DNA from: Rubrobacteraceae bacterium
GTDB taxonomy: Bacteria > Actinomycetota > Rubrobacteria > Rubrobacterales > Rubrobacteraceae
Direction: 5' to 3'
Assembly: GCA_965213895.1 (NCBI GenBank)
Contig: OZ243918.1
Location: forward strand, 702,766 to 734,765
DNA: 32,000 nt
In this document: positions 1 through 8,351 of the stretch, one piece after another
Numbering within the stretch: position 1 is the first letter of the stretch
Layout of the letters: the number at the start of each line of letters is the position of its first letter
Notes under the pieces: model-generated
Databases searched by the model: none
Told to the model about the DNA's origin: nothing
What the model saw: only the letters and a program-made list of their open reading frames with translations
Made by a program: the position numbers and the translations under genes

Positions 1-242
1 TAACCTCATCCGCTTCGAGCTTGTATCCGGGTATTCTGAAATTTTTGCATTGCAGTAATTGTTGAGGCCTGGGAGAGGGCTTGGGTAATTTGCCTCAAAT
101 CCCGGTTGTTTGCGCCTTTGGGGGCGTACGAGAAAAGTAAAAGGAAGTACAATACCGGTTCGGGAGAAAACGGGGCGGCGGAATTTGTAGAACCGTCGTT
201 GGGGTTTAAAAGGGAACTGCTCACGAGCAGGAGGGAAGGTCA

Positions 243-557
243 ATGCGGGTGATCGAACACCAACAGGAGCACTACGAGGTGCAGGAGGTTCCCCACGGGA
301 AGGTTTACAGTTGGCGTCCGGAACACGTTCTCTTCGAGTGTGACTGCGGGGAGACGCTGAGGTGGACCGGGGATCACGTCGGGTGCCGGTGCGGCGCCGT
401 CTACGAAGATTTCGGACGCGGGAGGGTGAAGCCTCGAGAGGAGAAAGGAACTTACCACCCCTGGCTCGAAGAGTACGAAGAGTGGCGGGGAACTAAAACG
501 GCCAACGGGATACAACACGAATACTTCGGTTTCGTGGGAGAGAAGAGTGTTGGATAA
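243..557 (+). CDS. Hypothetical small Cys-rich protein (104 aa), possible zinc-ribbon (CDCG...CRCG)
   Basis: ATG at 243 is preceded by AGGAGGGAAGG. The amino-acid composition is balanced (E/K/G/H/Y-rich). The antisense 228-aa ORF is Ser/Pro/Leu/Arg-rich, typical of a shadow frame. Two CxC pairs sit 14 residues apart. I recognise no family. Confidence 0.6.
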   Translation: MRVIEHQQEHYEVQEVPHGKVYSWRPEHVLFECDCGETLRWTGDHVGCRCGAVYEDFGRGRVKPREEKGTYHPWLEEYEEWRGTKTANGIQHEYFGFVGEKSVG

Positions 558-966
558 CATGGTTGAAGTCACGAAGGAAAACGGCCCGGCGGAAAACGGG
601 CACTGGCTAGACGGGCACTCGGTTTTCGTGCGGTACCTCATCGTACGCAACAAGGACAACCGGCTCAAAGTGTTGACCGTGCATACCGAAAGCGGAGACT
701 CGTTGCCGGTATTCGATAGCGAGTCCTCCGCCCGGGCCTTTTTCCGGTCCGGGTCTTTCGGGAAAAACGAGGGTTGGCACGTCCGGGAATCTACGGCGGG
801 AGAGTTGATCTCCCTGCTAATGGGCCACATAGCGGATGTAGATCTGATTTCCATGAACCCGCGGTCTCGCGGTGCAAACGGCGAACCGGTGACGCCGGAG
901 ACCCTCGATAAGAGAGAGTTCATCAAGTCTCTAATGAACGAGCCGATCCTGCTGTCTCACAACTGA
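547..966 (+). CDS. Hypothetical protein (139 aa from the GTG start), faint SseB-like character
   Basis: The ORF overlaps the upstream stop (555..557) when started at GTG 547. The alternative ATG at 559 lies 1 nt after that stop. GGGAGAG lies 6 nt upstream of GTG 547. The motif SLPVFDSESSARAFF is reminiscent of SseB N-terminal domains, but this similarity is from memory and not verified. Confidence 0.6.
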   Translation: MLDNMVEVTKENGPAENGHWLDGHSVFVRYLIVRNKDNRLKVLTVHTESGDSLPVFDSESSARAFFRSGSFGKNEGWHVRESTAGELISLLMGHIADVDLISMNPRSRGANGEPVTPETLDKREFIKSLMNEPILLSHN

Positions 967-1090
967 GGAGCTCCCTCCAGGTTCTCGGGGTGGCGCAACC
1001 CAAGCTGAACCGAAGAGCCCGACGCTGTAAACGACGGTCCTCGCGGCTTACGGATCTTGTCCAGCGGTCGTGCGTTAAGCTGTAAGGACT

Positions 1091-1528
1091 ATGGACGACC
1101 ACCGCCGGTACAATCGTCGGTACAACATCAGCAGCGGAACCGGCTGGGAGAGGACCGTAGGTTACTCCCGGGCGGTGCGTCGGGGTCCGTTCGTATTCGT
1201 TTCGGGAACAACCGCCACGGATGGAACCGGTGGCATAGTCGGGGTGGGGAACCCTTACGCGCAGGCGGTTCAGGCTATAAACAACATCCGGGTGGCGCTG
1301 CGGGCGGCGGGCTCAGACCTGGAGGGTGTGGTGCGGACCAGAATCTACGTGGCCGACATCGGCGACTGGGAAGAGGTCGGCAAAGCCCACGGCGAGTTTT
1401 TTAGGAAGATCAAACCGGCGACGAGCCTGGTGGAGGTGGGACGCCTGATCTCACCGGAGATTCTGGTCGAGATAGAGGCCGACGCCTTGATCGCCTCGAC
1501 CGAAGACAGCCGGCAACCTTTCGACTAA
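1091..1528 (+). CDS. RidA/YjgF/L-PSP family protein
   Basis: 145 aa. Family-typical segments include [33 protein letters not shown], and [22 protein letters not shown]...PATSLVEV. Confidence 0.85.
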   Translation: MDDHRRYNRRYNISSGTGWERTVGYSRAVRRGPFVFVSGTTATDGTGGIVGVGNPYAQAVQAINNIRVALRAAGSDLEGVVRTRIYVADIGDWEEVGKAHGEFFRKIKPATSLVEVGRLISPEILVEIEADALIASTEDSRQPFD

Positions 1529-1535
1529 CGACCCT

Positions 1536-2000
1536 CTAGTCTTGAGGAGAAGGTTGCGGCTCTTTGCCGGCGCCCTCTTCTATCTGCTGTTTGATCGACT
1601 CCAGCGTCCGGTCCACCGACTCGGCCAACGGATCGCGGTCTTCGTCGGACTGCTCCTGGATGTCCTCTTCGACCGTTTGCGGGCCAAACTGAAGGCGCAC
1701 GGTAACCACGCTCTGTCCGCCGCCGTTCTCTGAAACAGAGAGTTCGCCGGAGTAGTCGCGGTAGACTTCCGCGCCCCACTCCATGCGGCGCTCCTGCTCG
1801 TGGACGCGGAAGTAACCCTCGTTCTCGAACTCTCCCTGGTCCGGGATCTCGCCGCGCAGCCACACGCGATCTCCGCCGTCTTCTAGCTCGGCGCTTTTTA
1901 TGGGTGGCAGGTAGTGAGGGAGGTTGTTTACGTCCGAGACCCAGGCGAACACCTCGTCGGGTGACGCCTCGACCTCCGTGGTGCGCTCGTACTCTTTCAT
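1536..2000 (-). CDS. SRPBCC (polyketide cyclase/dehydrase-like) family protein
   Basis: 154 aa. The N-terminus TTEVEASPDEVFAWVSDVNNLPHYLP is typical of SRPBCC/START-like proteins. AGGAAGGAG lies upstream of ATG 2000. It is the last gene of a co-directional minus-strand cluster. Confidence 0.8.
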   Translation of the reverse strand: MKEYERTTEVEASPDEVFAWVSDVNNLPHYLPPIKSAELEDGGDRVWLRGEIPDQGEFENEGYFRVHEQERRMEWGAEVYRDYSGELSVSENGGGQSVVTVRLQFGPQTVEEDIQEQSDEDRDPLAESVDRTLESIKQQIEEGAGKEPQPSPQD

Positions 2001-2069
2001 CGCTCGGCTCCTTCCTCGTGGCGGGACGAACCATTCGTGCCCGGCACGCCCCGACCTAAACCTCCGCTC

Positions 2070-2708
2070 CTATACCGCGGTTTTCTCATACGCGGCATCT
2101 AGAGCCCGGACGAACGCCTCGACCGGCTGCGCCCCGGATAGGGCGTAGCGGCCGTCGAAAACGTAGAAGGGCACGCCCGTTACACCGATACGGCCGGCTT
2201 CTTTCTGGGCCGACCACACCTCGTCCGTCCCGGCATCACCGGTGAGAAACTCACGAACCTCGGCCGCATCCAGGCCGGCTTCGGCGGCAATGGCGGAAAG
2301 CTCCGCGGAATCGTTGAGGTTTGCGCCCCCAGCGAAATAGCCTTCGAATAGCGCGTCGGCCATTTCCCATTGGCGGTCGTGTTCGGCGGCGTGCAGGATC
2401 AGGCGGTGCGCGTCCACGGTGTTCGGGGCACTGGCGACCTTGTCGAAGTCGAAGAAGGCGCCGTCCGGTTCACCGGCCGCGCTTACGTGTGAGAAGGCCG
2501 ACCGCATCCGGTCCTCGCCGCCGAACTTGTCCACGGCGAACTCGTGCCACGGCAACCCCCCAGCCGGCATTTCGGGCCGGAGCTGGTACGGCCGCCAGCG
2601 GCGCTCGACGGGCAGATCCGGCCTTTGTGCGAGGGCTTGTTCCAAGCGTTTCTCGCCGACGTAGCACCAGGGGCAGACCACGTCGGCGTACACATCTATC
2701 TGGATCAT
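2070..2708 (-). CDS. DsbA-family dithiol oxidoreductase (FrnE-like)
   Basis: 212 aa. It has the N-terminal IDVYADVVCPWCYVGEKRLEQAL motif with a CPWC active site, and the C-terminal GVTGVPFYVFDGRYALSGAQP typical of the FrnE/DsbA subfamily. Confidence 0.85.
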   Translation of the reverse strand: MIQIDVYADVVCPWCYVGEKRLEQALAQRPDLPVERRWRPYQLRPEMPAGGLPWHEFAVDKFGGEDRMRSAFSHVSAAGEPDGAFFDFDKVASAPNTVDAHRLILHAAEHDRQWEMADALFEGYFAGGANLNDSAELSAIAAEAGLDAAEVREFLTGDAGTDEVWSAQKEAGRIGVTGVPFYVFDGRYALSGAQPVEAFVRALDAAYEKTAV

Positions 2709-2739
2709 GGAAGTCCTTTCTCTTTGTTTAGGGTAATGT

Positions 2740-3717
2740 TTACGGCAGCAAAACGACTTTGCCGACGGTGGCGCGGCCCTCCACGGCGTGGTGGGCGCCG
2801 GCGGCTTCTTGTAGTTCGAAAGAGGGACCTTCGACGACCTTCAGTTCGCCGGAGCGGAGGTAGTTAGAGATTTCCTTCCGCGCCCTATCGGCGGCGCCGG
2901 GACGGATCCAGGGTCCCCCGTACCCGCTGACGCTTTGGCCCTTCATGTTGATCTGCCACATGTCCGGCGGCGCCATGCCCGTACCACCGGCGGCCCCGAA
3001 AGTGACGAGCCGGCCGAGCGGCGCGAGGCACCCGTAAGCCTGCTCCCCGATCCCACCCCCAACCGACTCCAGCACCACGTCGACACCCTGGCCGCCCGTA
3101 GCCTCCAACACTTCTTCGACCCATCCGTCCCGGGTGTAGTCCACGGTATGGTCCGCGCCCAGAGATTCCGCCAGGTCCCGCTTCTCCCCGGTGCTGGCCG
3201 TGCCGATCACGATTTCAGCGCCCGCCAACTTCGCGAGTTGCACCGCGAGCGTGCCGACCCCGCCGGCCGCCGCCTGCACCAGCACGCTCTCGCCGGGCTG
3301 CACGCGGGCCGAGTCGTGCAGCACACCATAGGCCGTGATCCCCTGTACCAAGAGCGCCGTCGCCTGCAAAAATTCCACACCGTCCGGAATCTCCACCACC
3401 GACCCTACCGGGGCGACGGCATACTCCGCATAGCCGCCAGCTCCCAGAACCGCTACGACCCGCGCGCCCTCTCCGGGGCCTTCGACGCCTTCTCCAAGCG
3501 CCGCCACGGTACCGGCCACCTCGAAGCCCGGTGTCGTCGGCATCTCTTCTGAGCCCGGGCCGTGGAACATGCCCCGCCGCATGCCCGTATCCGCGTAGTT
3601 GACCCCGGCGAGCGCGACTTCTACGAGCAATTCGCCCGGCCCCGGCTCCGGTGCCTCTACCTCTTCCAGCTTCAGTACCTCCGGTTCGCCCGACTCGTGC
3701 ATCTTTATGGCTTTCAA
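2740..3717 (-). CDS. NADPH:quinone oxidoreductase (zinc-independent MDR family)
   Basis: 325 aa. MKAIKMHESGEPEVLKLEEVEAPEPGPGELLVEV, the AAAGGVGTLAVQLAKLAGA Rossmann motif, and a C-terminal GKVVLLP tail. The start is TTG at 3717, with AAAGGAG 5 nt upstream. Confidence 0.9.
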   Translation of the reverse strand: MKAIKMHESGEPEVLKLEEVEAPEPGPGELLVEVALAGVNYADTGMRRGMFHGPGSEEMPTTPGFEVAGTVAALGEGVEGPGEGARVVAVLGAGGYAEYAVAPVGSVVEIPDGVEFLQATALLVQGITAYGVLHDSARVQPGESVLVQAAAGGVGTLAVQLAKLAGAEIVIGTASTGEKRDLAESLGADHTVDYTRDGWVEEVLEATGGQGVDVVLESVGGGIGEQAYGCLAPLGRLVTFGAAGGTGMAPPDMWQINMKGQSVSGYGGPWIRPGAADRARKEISNYLRSGELKVVEGPSFELQEAAGAHHAVEGRATVGKVVLLP

Positions 3718-3737
3718 ACTTGCTCCTTTTAGTAGGT

Positions 3738-4367
3738 CTAGTAGCTGACCATCGGCTTCTGGCCGAGGTACGTGTCGTCTTGCGTCTGCCGCAGCATGAA
3801 GTCCGCAACGTCGGACCGCGAGATCTTGGTCCCGCTGTTCTTGCCGACGTAGCCGACGCGGTACTCGCCTTTCTTCTCGCCTTCGGTGAGCATTGGGCCG
3901 CGCACGATCACCCAGTCCAATCCGCTCTTCTCTATAACACGGGCGTGGTTTTCGCCGTCTTCCAGCACGTCTTTCTGAAGCAGCTTGAGCAGCGTGGTGA
4001 TCGCCTTGTCGAAGAGTTTGGGCTCGTCTTCCGGATCACTGACCCCGGCCCCCGTCAGGCTTACGAGCCGCCGCACGCCGGCTTCTTCCATCGCCGACAC
4101 GACGTTCTGCGTGCCGACCGTCTGGACGTCCTTTGCGGAACTCTTTGTGTGGCCCAGCGCGCTGAGCACCGCGTCGGCGCCCACGACCGCCTCGTGAACC
4201 TTCGCGGAGTCTTTTACGTCGCCCTCCACGACCGTGAGCTTCTCGTGATTCATGTCCAGCTTCGTCGCGTCGCGGACGAAAGCCGTGACTTCGTGACCGG
4301 CGGCGAGCGCCTGCCCGACGAGTGGTTTTCCCGTTCTTCCCGACGCCCCGAAGATCGCCAGCTTCAT
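3738..4367 (-). CDS. NAD(P)H-binding SDR-like protein (flavin reductase/NmrA-like, atypical SDR)
   Basis: The N-terminus MKLAIFGASGRTGKPLVGQAL is a Rossmann motif. I place the start at ATG 4367, not at the track start 4415. AGGAGG lies at 4371..4380 on the minus strand. The ATGA sequence overlaps the stop of the upstream NmrA gene. Confidence 0.85.
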   Translation of the reverse strand: MKLAIFGASGRTGKPLVGQALAAGHEVTAFVRDATKLDMNHEKLTVVEGDVKDSAKVHEAVVGADAVLSALGHTKSSAKDVQTVGTQNVVSAMEEAGVRRLVSLTGAGVSDPEDEPKLFDKAITTLLKLLQKDVLEDGENHARVIEKSGLDWVIVRGPMLTEGEKKGEYRVGYVGKNSGTKISRSDVADFMLRQTQDDTYLGQKPMVSY

Positions 4368-5278
4368 ACGCTTACCTCCTGCTTCTCGAACGCCGACCGG
4401 TGATCCCGGACCCACTCTTCGAGGCTCGTCAACTCTACGGGCAGTTTCTCCAGCGCCGGCCTCACGTCTATGTTTGTGGAGAACGCCTCGGGGTTCTCGT
4501 AGGCCATCCTGTAGCCCTGGGCCGCGGCCTCGCCCATCCCGGGGAAAGCCGCGTCGATGATGCCGCCGAACTCGTCCGGCGGCATGGGCCGGAAGGAGAC
4601 CTCACGCCCCAACGCCGACCCGAACCGCTCCGCGATGTCCTCGCCGTGTAGCCGCTCAGGTCCGCAGACCTCGAAGTTTGCGTTTGCCACGTCCGGGTTT
4701 CGGATGGCCTCCACCTGGAATGCCGCCACGTCTTCGGTCGCCACCCACTGCATCCCGACCTCGTTCGGCGTCGGGTAGGCAAAAGTGTCTTTTTCGGCAA
4801 CCTCCGGCGCCGTCCACGGCCCGAGAAAGTTTTCCATGTACGCCGTCGGCTGCAACACCACATGCGGCACGCCGCTGTTCTGTAGGTGATCCAGAACCTC
4901 CAGCCGCAGGTCGAACCCCGGGTTGCCCGTCTTCTCCGGCGGGATGGTCCCGCTCGTGTTCCAGGTCAACACCTCCACGCCGGCCTCCCGGGCCGCATCA
5001 ATGGCGTTCTTGCCGTACCGGATGCCGTCCTCGGGGCTCTGCACGAAGAACGGCACCAGCAGCGCTACCGCCTCCACACCCTCGCTCGCCGCCCGCAGGC
5101 TCTCGGCATCCCCCATGTCGCCCTCAAACACCTCGGCCCCGACTTCCCGCAGGGGGGCTGCCTTCTCCGGGCTCCGCGTTAACACCCGCACCCGGGTGCC
5201 CTCCTTCAGCAGACGCCGCGCCACCGGCGACCCCTGCGACCCCGTCGCCCCGTACACTAGAATTCGCTTGTCCCTCAT
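4364..5278 (-). CDS. NmrA-family NAD(P)-binding protein
   Basis: 304 aa. ILVYGATGSQGSPVARRLLKEGTRVRVLTR is an NmrA-type N-terminus. It is the first gene of the minus-strand operon and is divergent from the HxlR gene. Confidence 0.85.
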   Translation of the reverse strand: MRDKRILVYGATGSQGSPVARRLLKEGTRVRVLTRSPEKAAPLREVGAEVFEGDMGDAESLRAASEGVEAVALLVPFFVQSPEDGIRYGKNAIDAAREAGVEVLTWNTSGTIPPEKTGNPGFDLRLEVLDHLQNSGVPHVVLQPTAYMENFLGPWTAPEVAEKDTFAYPTPNEVGMQWVATEDVAAFQVEAIRNPDVANANFEVCGPERLHGEDIAERFGSALGREVSFRPMPPDEFGGIIDAAFPGMGEAAAQGYRMAYENPEAFSTNIDVRPALEKLPVELTSLEEWVRDHRSAFEKQEVSV

Positions 5279-5334
5279 CCCGTTTCCTTTCTATCCACAA
5301 CCCGCGAAACTGCGGGCTTGCTCTTTCTGTAAAA

Positions 5335-5349
5335 AGTATGTACCATACT
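5335..5349. promoter_or_regulatory. Candidate HxlR operator: palindrome AGTATG-TAC-CATACT, with further GTAC repeats at 5364..5401
   Basis: Perfect 6-bp inverted arms around a 3-nt spacer lie in the 140-nt divergent NmrA/HxlR intergenic region. GTACGTAC at 5364..5371 and GGTAC-A6-GGTAC at 5386..5401 follow. Confidence 0.4.
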
Positions 5350-5418
5350 GTTTGAAACGACAAGTACGTACAAAAATGTGCTATAGGTACAAAAAAGGTA
5401 CTAACGGAAGGAGTTGGG

Positions 5419-5772
5419 GTGGAGGATCGGCGATACGAGTGTCCGGTAGAGGCGACGTTGGATGTGATCGGGGGTAAGTGGAAGCCCCTGATCCTTTTCT
5501 ACCTCCTCGGCGAGAAGCGGCGCTTCGGCGAACTCCGGCGGCTCATGCCGGACGTAACCCAGCGCATGCTCACCAAGCACCTGCGGGAGTTGGAAGATGC
5601 GGGGGTCGTCCATCGCGAAGTCTACCGGGAAGTCCCGCCAAAGGTCGAATACTCGCTAACCGAGCTTGGCCGGACCCTGGAGCCGGTGCTCTTGATGATG
5701 CTCGATTGGGGACAGAAATATATGTGTCGCCCCGGGGCCGGTGTCGTCGAGATGGCGGAGACGACAGCCTAG
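5419..5772 (+). CDS. HxlR-family (MarR-like winged helix) transcriptional regulator
   Basis: 117 aa. [23 protein letters not shown] and [14 protein letters not shown] are hallmark HxlR motifs. The start is GTG 5419, preceded by GGAAGGAG. A conserved N-terminal Cys is present at residue 8. Confidence 0.9.
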   Translation: MEDRRYECPVEATLDVIGGKWKPLILFYLLGEKRRFGELRRLMPDVTQRMLTKHLRELEDAGVVHREVYREVPPKVEYSLTELGRTLEPVLLMMLDWGQKYMCRPGAGVVEMAETTA

Positions 5773-6441
5773 CTCTTCCCGCGCAAACCATTCAGGAGTA
5801 GATCCCGCAGCGACCCGGTGATGCGTCCGGGGCTCATGCCCAACTCGCGGCGCTGGTAGAGGTAGAGGTCGATGTTGAGCGGGGCGAGGATGGCGTCGGA
5901 GACGTACTCTACGTGCCGGGATCTCACCGCGCTCCACCCCGCGTTCTAGCAACATCGCGACCGTCGCCCGGAGCCACTGGTAGAAAGGGTTCTGATAGGG
6001 CGCGAAACGCCGCACCCCGCCGGCGGCGTCCCGGATAGCCCCTAGAAGCGAGGCGTTTTCCTCGTTGAACCGTGCCAACCCGGCGAGCAAGTATTCTAAC
6101 TGCTCCAGCACCGGCCCGTCGTCCTTCTCTAGCCGCCCCCGAACCTCTCCCACGAAATGCTCGATGTTTTCGTGCAGCAGCGCCCCGCACAAAGCGCCTT
6201 TGTGTTCGTAACGCCGGTAGAGGGTGCCCTGCCCGACGCCGGCCGCGCGCCCGATCTCGTACATGCTAACCGCCTCGACGCCGCGCTCCGAGAAAAGCGA
6301 TTTTGCGGCGTCCAGAACCTTACGCCGGCTCTCGGCCGCGTCCCGCCGCTCCCCGCAACCCGCAGCGCCGTGAGACGCAGTGTCCAGAACCGGGACGCTG
6401 TCCCCGCCGCCCGTCGCACCTTTTACAGAAAAATCTTCCAT
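5769..6441 (-). pseudogene. TetR/AcrR-family regulator with an apparent 1-nt frameshift near 5913
   Basis: - The HTH region (RKVLDAAKSLFSERGVEAVSMYEIGRAAGVGQGTLYRRYEHKGAL) lies in the frame of track ORF 5656..6462.
- After ...ERGVERGEIPA, that frame turns Arg/Pro/His-rich and runs into the convergent HxlR gene.
- The frame offset by 1 nt reads [47 protein letters not shown], with its stop at 5769..5771. This is a normal TetR C-terminus.
- The span 5769..6441 is 673 nt, which is not a multiple of 3.
- The start is either ATG 6441 or TTG 6462. Confidence 0.6.
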
Positions 6442-6482
6442 TCCCCTTGATAACCCTACCAATGCAATATAGCATCTCGAAG

Positions 6483-6496
6483 CGGACAGTTGTCCG
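6483..6496. promoter_or_regulatory. Candidate TetR operator CGGACA-GT-TGTCCG
   Basis: 6-bp perfect inverted arms lie in the intergenic region between the TetR gene and the divergent ABC exporter operon. Confidence 0.4.
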
Positions 6497-6597
6497 TTTG
6501 AGTGTAGCAGTTACGAACGAGCCGGGCAAGAAGGAGATCCTGTTGGAACGTGTGGTTGTGAAGAGCGTGGAGAACGGCCCGGTTCAGGGGGGTTGTA

Positions 6598-7572
6598 GTG
6601 GCGGATGAGCAGCGCGGCATAGAGGTCGAGGGGCTCGTTCGGGAGTTTGGCAAGGGTTTCCGGGCGGTGGACGGCATAGACCTGAACGTGGAGCCCGGGG
6701 AGATCTACGGTTTCCTCGGCCCGAACGGGGCGGGCAAGTCCACCACCGTTTTGATGTTGACCACGCTACTGCCGCCGACGGCCGGCAGCGCCCGGGTCGC
6801 CGGCTACGACATCGTGAAGCAGGGGGCCGAGGTGCGGTCCTCCATTGGGGCGGCGCTGCAAGAGGCGGCGCTCGACCCGTTCCTGTCGGGCCGGGAGCAC
6901 CTGACGCTTCAGGCCGCTTTGCACGGCGTCGGGCGCAAGGAGCGCAAACGTCGTGCGGAAGAGTTGCTGGAGCGGGTCGGGCTTTCGGAGGCTTCGAACC
7001 GGAAGGTCGGTGGCTACTCCGGGGGCATGAAGCGGAGGCTGGATCTTGCGCTCGCCCTCGTTCACGAGCCGCAGATACTCTTTCTCGACGAGCCGACGAC
7101 GGGGCTAGACCCGCAGAGCCGCAGCGCGCTTTGGGACGAGGTCAGCCGGCTCGCCAAAGAAGGCGTTACGGTCTTTCTGACGACGCAATATCTGGAAGAG
7201 GCCGACGTGCTCGCCGACCGGGTCGGCATCATAGACAACGGCAAGATCGTGGCCGAGGATACTCCCGACGCCCTCAAGGCCGAGGTCGGGCGTTCCAGCA
7301 TCGAGGCCCGGCCTGCCGACCCGGACGAACTCGACGCCGTCGCCCGGACGCTGGGGCAGTTCGGGGAATCTATCGCGGCCGCCGCCGGGTCTGCCGCTGT
7401 GCGGCTGGAGGACCGGACGCAGGGACTCACCGACGTGGTGCGGGCTTTGGATAGGGAGAACCTGCAGGTCTCCAGCCTGGAGCTCAACGAGCCTTCGCTC
7501 GACGACGTGTACCTCGCCAAGACCGGCCGCAAGTTGGAGGGCGCCGGAGATGAAGGGGCGGAGGAAGCTTGA
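6598..7572 (+). CDS. ABC transporter ATP-binding protein (DrrA/ABC-2 exporter type)
   Basis: 324 aa. It carries Walker A (GPNGAGKST), the signature YSGGMKRRLDLA, and Walker B (ILFLDEPTTGLD). The GTG start follows a G-rich RBS. Confidence 0.9.
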   Translation: MADEQRGIEVEGLVREFGKGFRAVDGIDLNVEPGEIYGFLGPNGAGKSTTVLMLTTLLPPTAGSARVAGYDIVKQGAEVRSSIGAALQEAALDPFLSGREHLTLQAALHGVGRKERKRRAEELLERVGLSEASNRKVGGYSGGMKRRLDLALALVHEPQILFLDEPTTGLDPQSRSALWDEVSRLAKEGVTVFLTTQYLEEADVLADRVGIIDNGKIVAEDTPDALKAEVGRSSIEARPADPDELDAVARTLGQFGESIAAAAGSAAVRLEDRTQGLTDVVRALDRENLQVSSLELNEPSLDDVYLAKTGRKLEGAGDEGAEEA

Positions 7573-8351
7573 ACTTTTCCATGATCTTCACCCAGATCAC
7601 GCAGCTCTCGCGGCGGTCCATCTTGCGGCTCCTGCGGCAGCCACAGGTGGTTGGGCCGGCTATCTTGTTCCCGCTCTTGATCTTCGGTTTTCAGGCGGCG
7701 GGTCTTGGTTCGGCGGCGGACATCCCCGGCTTCCCGACCGACTCCTACGTCAGCTTCCTGCTCGCCTTCCCGCTCGTGCAGGGGATGCTCTTCGCGGCGG
7801 TCTCCGCCGGCACCGACCTCGCCAAAGACATAGAGACCGGTTTTCTAAGCCGCCTCTCCATGACCCCGATGCATCCGGCGGCGCTCCTGATCGGGATGCT
7901 GGCCGGCGTTATCAGCCTGGGCTTCTTGCAATCCATAGTCTTTATCGTCGTCGGTTTGCTCGTTGGCGTTACCTTCGAAGCGGGCTTTCTCGGGGTGCTC
8001 GTGCTGATACTGCTCACGACGCTTACCGCGCTGGGGTTCGGCGGAGTGGGAGCAATTCTGGCGCTGCGGACGGGCTCCGGTGAGGCGGTGCAGGGGTTGT
8101 TTCCGTTGCTGCTGGTAACGTTCTTTCTCTCTTCCATACTTTTGCCGCGCGACCTGATCGAGACAGACTGGTTCCGTGTCGTTGCCACCTACAACCCGGT
8201 CAGCTACCTCGTAGAAGGTATCCGGAGCCTCATTATTACCGGTTGGGACGCCCAGGCATTGGCCCTGGGCTTCATCATGGCGGCGGGCTTGATTTTGGTC
8301 GGACTCTCGGGGGCTATTCTCTCTCTGCGCGGAACGGTGGCCCGCACGTGA
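7569..8351 (+). CDS. ABC-2 type transporter permease
   Basis: 260 aa and polytopic hydrophobic. The start at TTG 7569 overlaps the ATPase stop (TTGA); an ATG at 7581 is possible. The C-terminal YNPVSYLVEGIRSL motif is typical of ABC-2 permeases. Confidence 0.85.
   Translation: MNFSMIFTQITQLSRRSILRLLRQPQVVGPAILFPLLIFGFQAAGLGSAADIPGFPTDSYVSFLLAFPLVQGMLFAAVSAGTDLAKDIETGFLSRLSMTPMHPAALLIGMLAGVISLGFLQSIVFIVVGLLVGVTFEAGFLGVLVLILLTTLTALGFGGVGAILALRTGSGEAVQGLFPLLLVTFFLSSILLPRDLIETDWFRVVATYNPVSYLVEGIRSLIITGWDAQALALGFIMAAGLILVGLSGAILSLRGTVART

Noticed and set aside
6-224. A 72-aa minus-strand ORF in the left-edge leader region.
   Set aside because: It has no RBS and an odd composition. It lies in a lower-GC, apparently non-coding leader upstream of the 243..966 gene pair. 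I could not recognise any riboswitch or sRNA fold there either, beyond a small hairpin at 217..230.
5656-6462. The track ORF read as an intact 268-aa TetR protein overlapping the HxlR gene by 117 nt.
   Set aside because: The last ~85 residues (RRVRLRRHPRPAQHRPLPLPAPRVGHEPRTHHR...) are not TetR-like. A 1-nt shifted frame gives a proper TetR C-terminus ending at 5769. I therefore interpret it as a frameshift rather than a long overlapping gene.
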